This document shows positions 10,898 to 21,561 of a stretch of 64,000 nucleotides of DNA, piece by piece. The DNA is from Candidatus Latescibacterota bacterium (GTDB lineage Bacteria > Latescibacterota > UBA2968 > GCA-2709665), in the NCBI GenBank assembly GCA_965237675.1, contig OZ250150.1:1920001-1984000 (forward strand), written 5' to 3'. The position numbers and the translations under genes were made by a program. The notes beneath the pieces were generated by a model. The model saw nothing but the letters and a program-made list of their open reading frames with translations. It was not told the origin of the DNA and searched no databases. How positions within the stretch are numbered: position 1 is the first letter of the stretch; each line of letters begins with the position of its first letter.

Positions 10898-11083
10898 TTC
10901 AAGACCCCTCAAGCTCTCGTCGTGGGTATCTGAATACTACTGATGCTTGATTTGGAATGCCCAAAGCCCGCAGCGTTTGTCCCGTCAATACTGATCCGGA
11001 CCTGGAATCTTGCCAGATGCTGCCGCGATGAGCCAACGGGCGCATAAATCCTTCCGATACATCAATATACCTGACACATAGGT

Positions 11084-13469
11084 CTATCGAATCGCAAACG
11101 AAACTGCCGACGTTGCGCGGCTATCTGCAATCTCATCCGAAACCTTGACGATCAACAACTGGTGCCCCGGATCCGTATTCGACATATCCAGTTCCAGGTA
11201 TCCGTACTCGTCGGATCTGTCTCCTTCGTGTGCATATTCCACGGTGACAACCTCCGCCTTATGATCGATGCCGACCAACCTCCCAAGCGCCTTCAACGTC
11301 CTTACCGCGATATTTCCCTTATTTAGCGAATGCAGTTCGTACGATACCCGGTACTTTGTCGCACCGAATTCATCTTTCTTCAGGTTGTATAACTCGTAAT
11401 AGACTAACACCGGCTGCCCCGCCAGATAGAACAGACTCGGATTGGGCACCACCTCGATCTTCCCTTTCGTGAATTTGCTGCCCCGGCTGGGACGGATCAG
11501 TGCCGCCATTTCGATATCGCTCACCCTCAGCGAATCATCGCCAAACGGAGAGAGGACCACCTCGCGGTTGTAGACCTGGGATTTATCCGACGACGTGTCC
11601 AGAATCTGCACCGAAAGACGATAAGTACCGGGCGCCACAGAAAGACGGTCCATCTCCGGCACAAATGCGATCTGCGTGGTATCCACCGGTCCCGACGTGT
11701 ATAGCTCCATTTCCTCACTCGACCGATACACCGGCTTGTTATCCTCGTCGTACAGCGCCACGCCACGCTTTAAATATGCTGTCAGCCTTCCATCCGCTCC
11801 CTCTACGTAGTTGAGGTCTCGCGTCGGAATGCCGTAATAGACCTCCAGATTGACCGAACGGTCGTCTGCCTTGAATCGGGCCGAGTCAAAATAGAAATCA
11901 AGGGGAGCCGTCGCGAAATCCTGCTCGTAAATCTCCGGGGTCTTGCGCGCCACGCGATGCATCACCAAACCGGGGTTCAAATGTTGCCAGGTCAAATTCG
12001 ACCTGAACTGAATAGCAGTCCGGGGCTTGTTTTCCCGGAGCCCGTCATAAGTTGGGTTTTCTGGTTCCTTTATCGGGTTCCGACCTGTGATCTCATCCAC
12101 CCAGACATCGGCGCTCGCATGCGGCATCTCCGCGTACTTGTAAGGGCCCGGCGTGTATTTCTGTACGAACGTCACTTCTATGCCACGCCCTACATTCGTA
12201 TAAATCCAGTACTCCCAAACGCCACGAACGGGGTATACCGGATAACCCAAAATGGTGGATAGACTCCGAAGGTCATCCAGGCCTGGCCCACTGCCACCAT
12301 AAAAATTAATCATACGCCGGCCTAATAGTAAGAGCTGCAAGGCTCCACCCGCCTGGTTCATGAGTCGGTCCTTCACTGCCAGGACCCCTGGATGCGTCTC
12401 AAATCGGATGTCTCCAGAGGAACTGACATGATCCGGCTCTCCATAACGCACATATACCTCTCCACGCCCGTCCCAGGGAAACTCGTACTCGCCAAAATGC
12501 TCTCGGGCATACGCCACACGGCGACAGTGCTCTATCCACCGTTCGTTGGCCGCAGTCGCTAGCGCAGGGTCCCGGCCCGCCCAGAAGCCCTCAGACAGCA
12601 CCTTGCGTTCCTCTTCAGGAGCCCCTTGAAATCGGCTCAATTCGTCCCCAATCGCCACCAGGCTTAAATCATAGTAGACCGCCCGTTCCTCAGGTTCCAA
12701 GCCGTCAATGAAAGCTTCGAGCAGAGGGTCCGCGAGATCGTGGTCCCTGGCTGTCTGGTGCACCTCCACAAGTTCCAGCAGCGCGCGCCGCTGATGGGCA
12801 TTCGGCGTATCCACAACGGCTTTGAGCATTGCCAACGCTTCATCCGTCCGCCCGGATTCTTTCATTATCTGGCCGAGATACGTCCGTGCACCGAAATGTT
12901 GTGGATTCACCTCAATCTGCCGCCGGTACGCATCCTGCGCCTTTCGAGCATTTCGAGATCGTCCCGCCTCGCCATACGTATAGATCCTCCCAATCTGGAA
13001 CCAGGCGTCTGAATGTTCGGGGTCGACCTTTACCAATCTCTCGTAGGTATCCAACTCCTTGGTATCGCCGATCTCTCGGTACACCTGCGCAAGGTTTATA
13101 TACGCCTCGATATACCCGCGGTCCGCCTGGTACGCACTTCGAAAATACTTGATTGCCCAATCCCGCATCTTGTCCGTATCCCGAAACACCAACCCCAGGC
13201 CATTCAGCGCGGGCGCGTAGTTCTTCCGCTTTCAGGTGTACATGACCCAACCCCACATAAGACGGGGCATGTTTCGTGTTGATCACCAGCACCGCGTGAA
13301 ACCGCGCGGCGGCGGCCAGTGAATCTCGTTCTGCCAGTTGTGTTCCCTTTTGGTACAGTAGATCAACTCTGTCAGCGTCCTCCTGGGACAAAGCGCCCAC
13401 CGGTGCTTTGGTGGTCGCCAGGACAATGACGGTCAGGATAACGGGCAGCTTCATCGTTACTGGATTCAT
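11084..13469 (-). pseudogene. TPR + GWxTD-family gene, frameshifted near 13230
   Basis: Signal peptide and first TPR lie in ORF 12912-13469 and the rest in ORF 11084-13192. About 50 nt are missing between HLK and KRKNYAP relative to paralog 13513-15990. Confidence 0.85.
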
Positions 13470-13512
13470 TTATCGGCCCCTTCGAACCAGGGAGAAAACC
13501 AGACACAGCATT

Positions 13513-15990
13513 TCATTGGATCGAAAACGACGCAGTAGACGCGGCCTTTTGGCCGCTATTCTCATCCGTCACTTGAACCACCAATGTCTGTTTTCCCGGC
13601 TCGGTGTTAGACATATCCAATTCGAGATATCCAAAGTCATCCACCTGGATACCAACGTGCTCATACTCGATATTGATCACCTCTCCCTCATCGCGCATTC
13701 CCAGAAGTTTCCCTAAAGCCGCAAGTACATCTACCCTGACGAGCCTCTTTTCCACTCCGCGTATTTCATGGGAGACGTTGTACCTGGTTGCTCCGTATTC
13801 ATCCCGCTTCAAATTGTAAATTTCATAATATAGGAACACCGACTGACTCGACAGAAACACCCGACTCGGATTTGGGATCACCTGGATATCGCGCTTGCCA
13901 AACTCGCCGCCGCCCTGCGGCCTGATTGACGCGGCCAGCTGGATATCACTCACCATCAAGGTCTCACCTTCAAACGAATTCATCAGTGTCTGTTGGTTGT
14001 AGACCTGGGATTTTTCCGACGTTTGATCCAGGATCTGCAAGTCCATTCGATATTTTCCCGGCGCCATCGACACCCGATCCATTGCCGGAACAAAGGCAAT
14101 CTGCGTCGTATCCAGGGGCCCCTCGGAATAAAGCTCCATATCTTCAGCGGATCGGTGAACACGACGGCCGTCTTCATCGAACAGCGCAAACCCCCGCTTC
14201 AGGAATGCCGTAGCCTTGCCGTCCTCGCCGGTTCTAAACGAAAGATCTTTAACAGGAATACCATAGTAAATCTCCAACATCACAGCGCCGTCCATTCCTT
14301 TGAATCTGGCCGAATCATAGAAGAAATCCAGTGGAGCCGTGGCGAAATCCGGACGATAGACCGATGGCGTTTTCGCAGCTGCCCAGTTCACCACAACCCT
14401 GGGATTTGTTCGTTGCCACAACTGGGCAATAATGGGGTTGGGTTCACCGATCGACAACGGCGGGTCTGCGTATTTGTAGGGACCCGGGAAATATGGCTGG
14501 GTGAAGGTGACTTCGATCCCTCGTCCTACATCGGTATATATCCAGTATTCCCAGACCTTATCCAGAACCGTATAGATCGGCCAACCCCGGATCGTACCTT
14601 TGCCCATCAATGCTCCGGAACGTGCGTAAGTCTCGTCGACCGAGGTCGTCATGCTCGCACCTTCGGATCGTTCAACGCCGCTCTCGCTCTGAGCACTTCG
14701 GTAGTGGCCGGTTGCCCCAATTTCCCTGAGCGTAGAACTCATCGGGCCAATAGCGTTCTTGGCTGTCTCTGCAGTTGCCCAACCCTCGCGAGCCTGCAAC
14801 AGAGAACCGACCGCATCACGCGCCTGGTTCATCAGCCTCTCTTTCACGGCGACGACCCTCGGTTCCGTCTCAAACAGGATGTTATCCGACCGACTTATGT
14901 GATCCGGCTCCCCAAACCGCACATAGACCTCCCCGCGCGCATCCCACGGAAATCCGAATTTGCCGAAATTCTCGCGCGCATACGCCACCCGGCGGCAATG
15001 CTCAATCCAGCGTTCGTTGGCTGCCGTCACCGGCGCCGGGTCCCGACCCGCCCAGAAGGCTTCAGATAGCGCTATGCGTTCCTCATCGGGCGTCGCCTCG
15101 AAACGCGTCAGTTCGTCTCCGATCGCCACCAGGCTCAAATCATAGTATACAGCCTGCTCGTCGGGTGCCAGACCTTCCAGGAAAGCATCCAGAAGTACTT
15201 CCGACACGTCGTGGTCGCGGGCACGCTGATACACCTCCGCCAGTTCCAGAAAAGCGCGCTGCTGATGGGCATTCGGCGTATCCACAACGGCTTTGAGCAT
15301 TGCCAACGCTTCACCTGTACGTCCGGTTTCATTCAATACTTGGCCGAGATGTAGTTGCGCTCCGAAATGCTGTGGATTCACCTCGAGTTGGCGCCGGTAA
15401 GCCGCCTCCGCTTTTTTGGTATTTCGATACCGACCCGCGACCCCATCCTTGTAAATCCTCCCAATCTGGAACCAGGCGTCGGAATGATCCGGGGCCACCT
15501 TCACCAGTTTCTTATACGTATCCAGTTCCTTCGTATCGCCAATCTCACGATACGTTTGTGCTAGGTTATAGTACGCGTCGACGTACCCGCGATCAGCTTG
15601 GTACGCACTTCGAAAATACTTGATTGCCCAATCCAGCATCTTCTCGGTTTTTCGAAACACCAGCCCCAACCCGTTCAGGGCGGGGGCATAGTTCTTCCGC
15701 TTTCGAAGAGCCTGACGAAAGGCTTTCTCAGCCTCCTTCAGGTCACCTCTTTTAAAGTAGACATGACCCAATCCGACATACGAGGGGGCATGTTTCGGGT
15801 TGATTTCGAGAGCAGCGCGAAACCGACCCGCGGCTTCATCCAGTTGACCCGCCTCAAGAGACGCCATCGCTTTTGCATAAGTCGTGTCGATCCGTGAAAC
15901 GGCGGCGGCGGAAAGCCCGCCCGCCGAAGGCTCGTTCAAAAAGAAGACCATCCCGATCGAAATAATCACACAGTGCATTTGCCAATTCAT
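13513..15990 (-). CDS. Secreted TPR + GWxTD-family protein, first gene after the sigma54 promoter
   Basis: GGAG RBS before ATG 15990; signal peptide; TPRs; NERWIEHCRRVAYA...PWDARGEVYVRFGEPD; WEYWIY; C-terminal YYEIYNL domain. Confidence 0.87.
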   Translation of the reverse strand: MNWQMHCVIISIGMVFFLNEPSAGGLSAAAVSRIDTTYAKAMASLEAGQLDEAAGRFRAALEINPKHAPSYVGLGHVYFKRGDLKEAEKAFRQALRKRKNYAPALNGLGLVFRKTEKMLDWAIKYFRSAYQADRGYVDAYYNLAQTYREIGDTKELDTYKKLVKVAPDHSDAWFQIGRIYKDGVAGRYRNTKKAEAAYRRQLEVNPQHFGAQLHLGQVLNETGRTGEALAMLKAVVDTPNAHQQRAFLELAEVYQRARDHDVSEVLLDAFLEGLAPDEQAVYYDLSLVAIGDELTRFEATPDEERIALSEAFWAGRDPAPVTAANERWIEHCRRVAYARENFGKFGFPWDARGEVYVRFGEPDHISRSDNILFETEPRVVAVKERLMNQARDAVGSLLQAREGWATAETAKNAIGPMSSTLREIGATGHYRSAQSESGVERSEGASMTTSVDETYARSGALMGKGTIRGWPIYTVLDKVWEYWIYTDVGRGIEVTFTQPYFPGPYKYADPPLSIGEPNPIIAQLWQRTNPRVVVNWAAAKTPSVYRPDFATAPLDFFYDSARFKGMDGAVMLEIYYGIPVKDLSFRTGEDGKATAFLKRGFALFDEDGRRVHRSAEDMELYSEGPLDTTQIAFVPAMDRVSMAPGKYRMDLQILDQTSEKSQVYNQQTLMNSFEGETLMVSDIQLAASIRPQGGGEFGKRDIQVIPNPSRVFLSSQSVFLYYEIYNLKRDEYGATRYNVSHEIRGVEKRLVRVDVLAALGKLLGMRDEGEVINIEYEHVGIQVDDFGYLELDMSNTEPGKQTLVVQVTDENSGQKAASTASFSIQ

Positions 15991-16037
15991 ATTGAACGCT
16001 CCCGGGTGAATCACACGAAACGGCCAATGCGTTTGCC

Positions 16038-16130
16038 TATCCTGTAGGTAAAACGACATCCCGCCCACATCTTCCAGAAGAGCCGGATTCGCCGATTCCG
16101 ACCGCGCCAAGATCGGGCAGTGCTATGCGT
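16038..16130 (-). repeat. About 93-bp homolog of bases 1-95 (decayed IS3 orfA-like segment) in the GWxTD leader
   Basis: tatcctgtaggtaaaacgacat...ccggattcgccgattccgaccg...atcgggcagtgctatgcgt versus tatcctgcaggcaaagcgacat...ccggattcgccgattccgaccg...atcgggcagcgccgatgcgt. Confidence 0.8.
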
Positions 16131-16285
16131 CTCCCTGTACAAAGACACAGGCCAGGCCGGGCGGGTTCAATAAATTAAAATTGCGATACCGGATCGGTCT
16201 GCCCTGCTTCCTACAGGCGCTCCGGGGGTCGGGTCCCCTCGGATTCTTATCAGGAGTGTGTGGTCGCTCCCCCGTCTCCCCCCGT

Positions 16286-16301
16286 TGCAATTTTCGTACC
16301 A
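16286..16301 (-). promoter_or_regulatory. Sigma54 (-24/-12) promoter
   Basis: Minus strand TGGTACGAAAATTGCA has GG-N10-GC spacing and one mismatch to TGGCACG-N4-TTGCA. It points into the GWxTD array and lies next to a sigma54 activator gene. Confidence 0.8.
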
Positions 16302-16349
16302 CACACCAAAATAAAAAATCGCCCGTGCGTTTACGCACAAGCGAAATAA

Positions 16350-16362
16350 AAACAACGTCTTA
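16350..16362. promoter_or_regulatory. Candidate IHF site
   Basis: AAACAACGTCTTA, one mismatch to WATCAANNNNTTR, next to an A-rich tract, between the promoter and the candidate enhancers. Confidence 0.45.
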
Positions 16363-16404
16363 AAACCTGTTTTTCGCGCTCCCACAGAACGCTTAATATT
16401 CAGA

Positions 16405-16544
16405 TGTATATATTGTATACATAGCGATCTTCTCGATGAAGCGATCTTTGGAATTTTCTGTTATAAATTTCGAAAAAATAAACTGTTATGATATACACAA
16501 CATTGTCTACGTAGTCGCGGGCGTTACTGTATACAATGTATACA
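16405..16544. promoter_or_regulatory. Two 17-bp tandem-palindrome sites (candidate enhancer/operator)
   Basis: TGTATATA-T-TGTATACA at 16405-16421 and TGTATACA-A-TGTATACA at 16528-16544, in an AT-rich intergenic region. Confidence 0.6.
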
Positions 16545-16551
16545 TATCCCC

Positions 16552-19500
16552 TTATTGGGAATTCATATCGTTCCTCAGGCCGTACCGGCTCATCATCTTT
16601 TGAAGCCCGTTTCTGCTCAGCCCCAGTTGACGGGCGGCGCGGGTGATATTGCCGCCGCACTGGTCGAGCGCTTCGACGATCATTCGCCTCTCAAGGGACG
16701 CTACACGAGCTTTAAAATAACTCCGTTCTCCGTACCCAAGTTGCCGGGGGAGCACGATCTTCTCCGAGAACAAATCGGCGGAGACCTCTTTGCCTTCCTC
16801 CACCAGGGCGACCGCCCGCCTGATCTCGTTCTCGAGTTCCCGTACGTTGCCGGGCCACCCGTGATCCATCAACGCCCGCATGGCAGCCACTGTAAAACCC
16901 GGAACCGCCTTCTTCTGATCCGCACACAGCCGCTTTAGAATGTGTTCACATAACAACGGAATGTCGTCAACGTGGCGGCGCAGCGGAGGCATTTCGATTT
17001 GCAACACCCGCAACCGGTAGTATAGATCCTCGCGAAACAAACCGTTGCGCACGTCCGCTTCCAGGTCGCGATTCGTCGCCGCGATCACACGCACGTCCAC
17101 GTTGCGCACATCCGCCTCGCCCACCCGCTGGATCTCGCCGTCCTGAAGCACGCGCAACAGGCTCGACTGCAAACGCGGCGAGGCATTGCCAACCTCGTCC
17201 AGGAAAACCGTGCCACCGTCAGCGGACAGGAACAAACCCTTTCGGTCGGATGACGCCCCGGTAAACGCGCCCTTCTTGTGGCCGAACAGTTCGCTCTGAA
17301 GCAATTCGTGGGTCATTGCGGCACAGTTGGCGGAAAGAAAGGGTTTCGTGTTGCGTTTGCTCCGAGTGTGGATGGCCCGTGCAGCCAGTTCCTTGCCCGT
17401 TCCCGTTTCACCCTGAATCAGCGCGGTCATGTCGCTTTCCGCCGCGACCTCGACCAGTTTGAACACATCCTGCATAACCCGGCTCTGACCTACCAATTCT
17501 CCCAAACGGTAACCGCCTTCGAATTCGTTCTGCAAAAAAAGCGCACGCTCCCGGACCTGAGAAAACATCCGGGCGTTGACAACCGCAATGGACACCAGGT
17601 TCCCAAATGCCGATAAAAGTGCCCTGTCTCTTTCGGTGAATAGGTCCTCGAGCTTTCTGTGGTCCATATAGAGCGCGCCGATAACGCCTGACTCCCCGTG
17701 CCGCAGAGGAACGCAGAGCACCGAACGGATGCCGTAAGCTGTAACACTCGCCCTTTGCCTGAAACGTTCGTCCACACGGGCGTCCAGGCTCAATACAGGC
17801 TTGTTTCGATCCATAGCCCACTTGATGACACCCTGGCTGATCTTCAGCGTCGCTATATCATCCAGATTGTGCTTGCGCGCCACCTCGACGTTTACGGCCG
17901 CCTCATCTCTGAGAGCAATCAGCACGCGTTCGGCCCGGCTCACCTTCTTCAGGCGATCCAGGATTCGATCCAGAAGCACGTTAAGGTCCAGGACCGACGT
18001 GATATCCTCTGAAACCTCGTAGAGCGTGAGTAGGTGCTCCTCGGAAAGCGCCGGAACCATCTCCTTTGCGGGCAACGTCATTGCAGCTTCCTCGGAAACC
18101 CTTTCCAGAAAACCCGCCGCCTTCTTTGCGTAATAGCGAAGGTTCAACTTTTCGGAGGCCGCCAGGGCGTTCTCAAGGTATAACCGGGCATCGGCAAGAC
18201 GCCCCCACTTCAAATAGTACTCACCCGCACCAACCAACAGATTTACCTGTTCAATACCGTCCGGCGAACCCTGAACTTGCATTGCATGATCGAATAGCGA
18301 ATCGACTTCGTCATACCGGCCCGCCGCAGCGAGCGATTTTGCTCGCGCGGTCCAGGCAATGGCGCGGATGTTCCCGCCGTATTCCACACCCGGCCAGGCC
18401 CGTTCGGCCCAGGCCAGCGCCTCGTCAGCACGGCCTTTCTCCGCCATCGTCTCGGCCAGCAAACCGTACGCCCTGTACATTTCATCCGGGTGCCCTCCAC
18501 CCGCCAGAAGCCGCTCGGCGGCGCGCGCGTGCACCTCCGCCCTGCCGACGTCTGCCTGTTCCAGGGCAATCCTGCCCAAATAGAGATGCGCAGCGGCCTC
18601 CGGACCCTTTGACCCGCACCTGGCCCGGAAGTCGCGAAGTTCCTCGAAGATTTCCTCCGCCCGATCAAATTCACCGAGGCGAATATCGACTCGCGCTAAC
18701 AGGTACAGACAGGAATACCGATAAACCCGGTCATCCTCCCGATCCAGCAGATCCGATGCAGATTCCAGGAGCGATTTCGCTCTGTCATTCCTATGTAAAA
18801 ACTGTGCCGAAAACGCGAGGAAAATCAAGGCGCGCGCCTCGTGGATTCCCCCACCCAATTCGCGGCACTTCTCAGCGGCTGAATGACAGGTTTCTACAGC
18901 CTCCTCTTTTTTTTCCAGGACAAATAAGGTATTCGACAATAATCCCAGAACCATCAATTCGTTCTCGTCGTCACCCAGATTCCGATACAGTTCCAGGGCT
19001 TCCGATAACACGGACTCGGCCTTCTGATAATCCCCTGAATGTGAGTAGTTTATTCCCAACATTCTCAAGGCGTACGCCTTCTGTGCGGGCGTCTCGTCGG
19101 ACACCCATTGCATGGCTCTATCCAACTCCAGCCGGGCTTCTTCATACCGGTCACATCCGGATAGCGCCTCGGCGTAGGCGCAGAGAAAATCCAGGTGCGC
19201 CACCGAACCCTGGGAGATATCCGCAGATGCATGGGGCGAGAACGCGCCTCTTTCAAGAACCGTCTCGAACTGCGCGAGTGCCTGAGAGAAATCGTGCATC
19301 CCCAGTGCCCGGCAACCCGCCGCCATCAGGTATCGCACGGATTTTTCCTGGTCGTTCGATCTTGAAAAATGATAGGCGAGGTCGTCCAGCACCTCCGCGC
19401 CGGTGGACTCGGACCGCGGCTCCAGGGCCCTGCCTGCCTCCAGGTGAAGCAACATACGTTTATTTGTGGAAATACCGTCATAAACCGCCCGTTGGATCAG

Positions 19501-21438
19501 TCCATGTGAAAATCGATACCGTCCCTCTCGGTCTTCCAGGTCTTTCAAAAGGCCCAGGCGGACATGCCCCTCCAGGGTCTCCAACAACTGCAGTTCATCC
19601 TCGCGCCAGACCTCTGAAATCAGGTCGAACGAAAACGCACCGCGAAAGATCGAGGCGTATTCCAGCGCCTGCCTCTGGGCCGACCGCAACCGTCCGAGTC
19701 GCGACTCTATGGCCTGCATAATGCCCGATGGCATCGGCCAATCAGAGGATACCGGCCACCTCCAGATGCCTGCCGAATCCTTCCAGATTGAGCCGTCCGC
19801 GATAGACCCACGGACCAGTTCTACAATAAACAGGGGATTTCCCCCTGTCTCCTCGTAGATCCTGCGGGCTTCGAGCCCGGGCACAGTTTGCTCGCCCAGC
19901 ATGGATGCAGCCAGATTCGTCGTTTCCTCAAAGGCCAGCGCGTCAAGTTGCAGGTGCGTAACGCCTGGTAGTTCTTCCCTGGGAAACACGGCTTCGATCC
20001 GGTCGGGCAGCGAGTCTTCGCCCTCCTTACGGCAGGCAAGGACAAGAACAAGGGGCATTGGATCCGGATCTCTCCTCATAAAGTCCAGGAACCGCAGGCT
20101 CAAGTCGTCGGCCCATTGTAAGTCTTCAATACAGACAAGGGTGGGCGTTTCCCGGCTCAGATCGCCCAGAAATTCCGACAGAATCTCCATGACCGGAAAA
20201 GGATCTGCCTGACCGGCGGCCGCCGGCCGTTCAATTTGCGCAAGAACCCGCACGACGGCTTCTCCAACGTCGGAATCCTGAATGCCCGGCTGTTCTGCCA
20301 TGTCGTGCAAGGCCTCCAGGAACGGACCGTATGCGCGTCCGCCCCCTTCATGGCAGCGCCCCGTCAGGATGCGCGTTCCGTGAACCCGAGCATCGGCCTG
20401 AAACTCATCCAGAACCTGGGATTTTCCGATTCCGGCCTCGCCGCTGACCAGGACCATGCGCCCCCTTCCCTCCTCGGATTCTTTCAATATCTCCCGAAGA
20501 GCCTTCATTTCACGGTCCCGACCCTGAAATTGGGGCTGCAGGATGGGAGCCCGCGGTATCGAAATAGGAGGGTCGCCGGTATCCTGGTCGAACGTCTCTT
20601 CCCCGCCTTCTGATAGATCTCGCAACAGGCTCTCCACCGAGCTATAGCGGTCAATCGGCTCCTTTTCCAGCAGTTTCATAACGACGTTTCCGATTCGGAT
20701 GGAAGTACCGCCGGCGTAAGCGCCCGGCGGCCGGGGCAGGTCTCTCAAATGCTGGAACATCACCGACGCCGGGTTTTCGCCCGTGAACGGCGGTTTCCCG
20801 GTGAGAATCTCGTACAGGATGACCCCCAGCGAATACAGGTCGGATCGCTGGTCCGTCCGCCGTGCGCGGATCTGTTCGGGGGACATGTACTCCACGGTCC
20901 CGGTCGGTCTACCCGGTGGCGTCACGCGTTGCTCCCGCGACTCCCGAAACCGAGCCAGGCCCAGGTCCAGAACCGTAACCTCGGGTTCGCCTTCAACCTC
21001 GGAAATCATAATATTGGAAGGCTTCAGGTCCCGGTGTACCACACCCTTTTCATGGATGTACGCCAGCCCCTCTCCGATCTGCCGGATGAGCGGAAGGAGC
21101 CACGCTGTTCTCAGCCTCTCACGGTCTCCCACGCTTGCGACCAAATCGGATAGTGGTCGACCTGAGATATAATCCATGGAAAAATACGGCTTCCCGGCAT
21201 ACAATCCCCACCTGTGGGAACGGACAATCCGCGGATGCCGGATTCTGGAGAGAATATTGAACTCCCTCAGGAACCGCCGTTGGGCCTCTTCCTCCACGAT
21301 ATTCAACATCTTCAGCGCCACCGTGGAATCATCCTTCACGTCCCTTGCACGGTATACGGTACCCAAACCGCCGGTTCCAACTGCGGCGAGAATCTCGTAA
21401 TACCCGTCGACAACCGTTCCGGCATCAAGTTCGGCCAT
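16552..21438 (-). CDS. Ser/Thr kinase - P-loop ATPase - TPR - GAF - sigma54 activator - Fis HTH fusion protein
   Basis: Kinase motifs [29 protein letters not shown]; ATPase GEAGIGKS and CIEDLQWAD; TPR-like helices; GAF (IRSVLCVPL...IGALYMD); activator motifs [29 protein letters not shown]; [17 protein letters not shown]. Confidence 0.93.
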   Translation of the reverse strand: MAELDAGTVVDGYYEILAAVGTGGLGTVYRARDVKDDSTVALKMLNIVEEEAQRRFLREFNILSRIRHPRIVRSHRWGLYAGKPYFSMDYISGRPLSDLVASVGDRERLRTAWLLPLIRQIGEGLAYIHEKGVVHRDLKPSNIMISEVEGEPEVTVLDLGLARFRESREQRVTPPGRPTGTVEYMSPEQIRARRTDQRSDLYSLGVILYEILTGKPPFTGENPASVMFQHLRDLPRPPGAYAGGTSIRIGNVVMKLLEKEPIDRYSSVESLLRDLSEGGEETFDQDTGDPPISIPRAPILQPQFQGRDREMKALREILKESEEGRGRMVLVSGEAGIGKSQVLDEFQADARVHGTRILTGRCHEGGGRAYGPFLEALHDMAEQPGIQDSDVGEAVVRVLAQIERPAAAGQADPFPVMEILSEFLGDLSRETPTLVCIEDLQWADDLSLRFLDFMRRDPDPMPLVLVLACRKEGEDSLPDRIEAVFPREELPGVTHLQLDALAFEETTNLAASMLGEQTVPGLEARRIYEETGGNPLFIVELVRGSIADGSIWKDSAGIWRWPVSSDWPMPSGIMQAIESRLGRLRSAQRQALEYASIFRGAFSFDLISEVWREDELQLLETLEGHVRLGLLKDLEDREGRYRFSHGLIQRAVYDGISTNKRMLLHLEAGRALEPRSESTGAEVLDDLAYHFSRSNDQEKSVRYLMAAGCRALGMHDFSQALAQFETVLERGAFSPHASADISQGSVAHLDFLCAYAEALSGCDRYEEARLELDRAMQWVSDETPAQKAYALRMLGINYSHSGDYQKAESVLSEALELYRNLGDDENELMVLGLLSNTLFVLEKKEEAVETCHSAAEKCRELGGGIHEARALIFLAFSAQFLHRNDRAKSLLESASDLLDREDDRVYRYSCLYLLARVDIRLGEFDRAEEIFEELRDFRARCGSKGPEAAAHLYLGRIALEQADVGRAEVHARAAERLLAGGGHPDEMYRAYGLLAETMAEKGRADEALAWAERAWPGVEYGGNIRAIAWTARAKSLAAAGRYDEVDSLFDHAMQVQGSPDGIEQVNLLVGAGEYYLKWGRLADARLYLENALAASEKLNLRYYAKKAAGFLERVSEEAAMTLPAKEMVPALSEEHLLTLYEVSEDITSVLDLNVLLDRILDRLKKVSRAERVLIALRDEAAVNVEVARKHNLDDIATLKISQGVIKWAMDRNKPVLSLDARVDERFRQRASVTAYGIRSVLCVPLRHGESGVIGALYMDHRKLEDLFTERDRALLSAFGNLVSIAVVNARMFSQVRERALFLQNEFEGGYRLGELVGQSRVMQDVFKLVEVAAESDMTALIQGETGTGKELAARAIHTRSKRNTKPFLSANCAAMTHELLQSELFGHKKGAFTGASSDRKGLFLSADGGTVFLDEVGNASPRLQSSLLRVLQDGEIQRVGEADVRNVDVRVIAATNRDLEADVRNGLFREDLYYRLRVLQIEMPPLRRHVDDIPLLCEHILKRLCADQKKAVPGFTVAAMRALMDHGWPGNVRELENEIRRAVALVEEGKEVSADLFSEKIVLPRQLGYGERSYFKARVASLERRMIVEALDQCGGNITRAARQLGLSRNGLQKMMSRYGLRNDMNSQ

Positions 21439-21561
21439 AGCCCACCCGAGGAGATGTTCCAGTCAAATAACCGCTCGTACATTCATGAAAGTATCGAAAA
21501 ACCAATCCTCGGCAAACAGATGTGCGGGGCTGTCGCATCTATCCGATGCCGAAGAAAAGCC

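Noticed and set aside
11084-15990. Diversity-generating retroelement template/variable repeat pair
   Set aside because: No reverse transcriptase in the window, and the differences between paralogs are not adenine-specific.
18066-19721. 551-aa plus-strand ORF
   Set aside because: Pro/Arg-rich antisense shadow of the kinase-activator gene.
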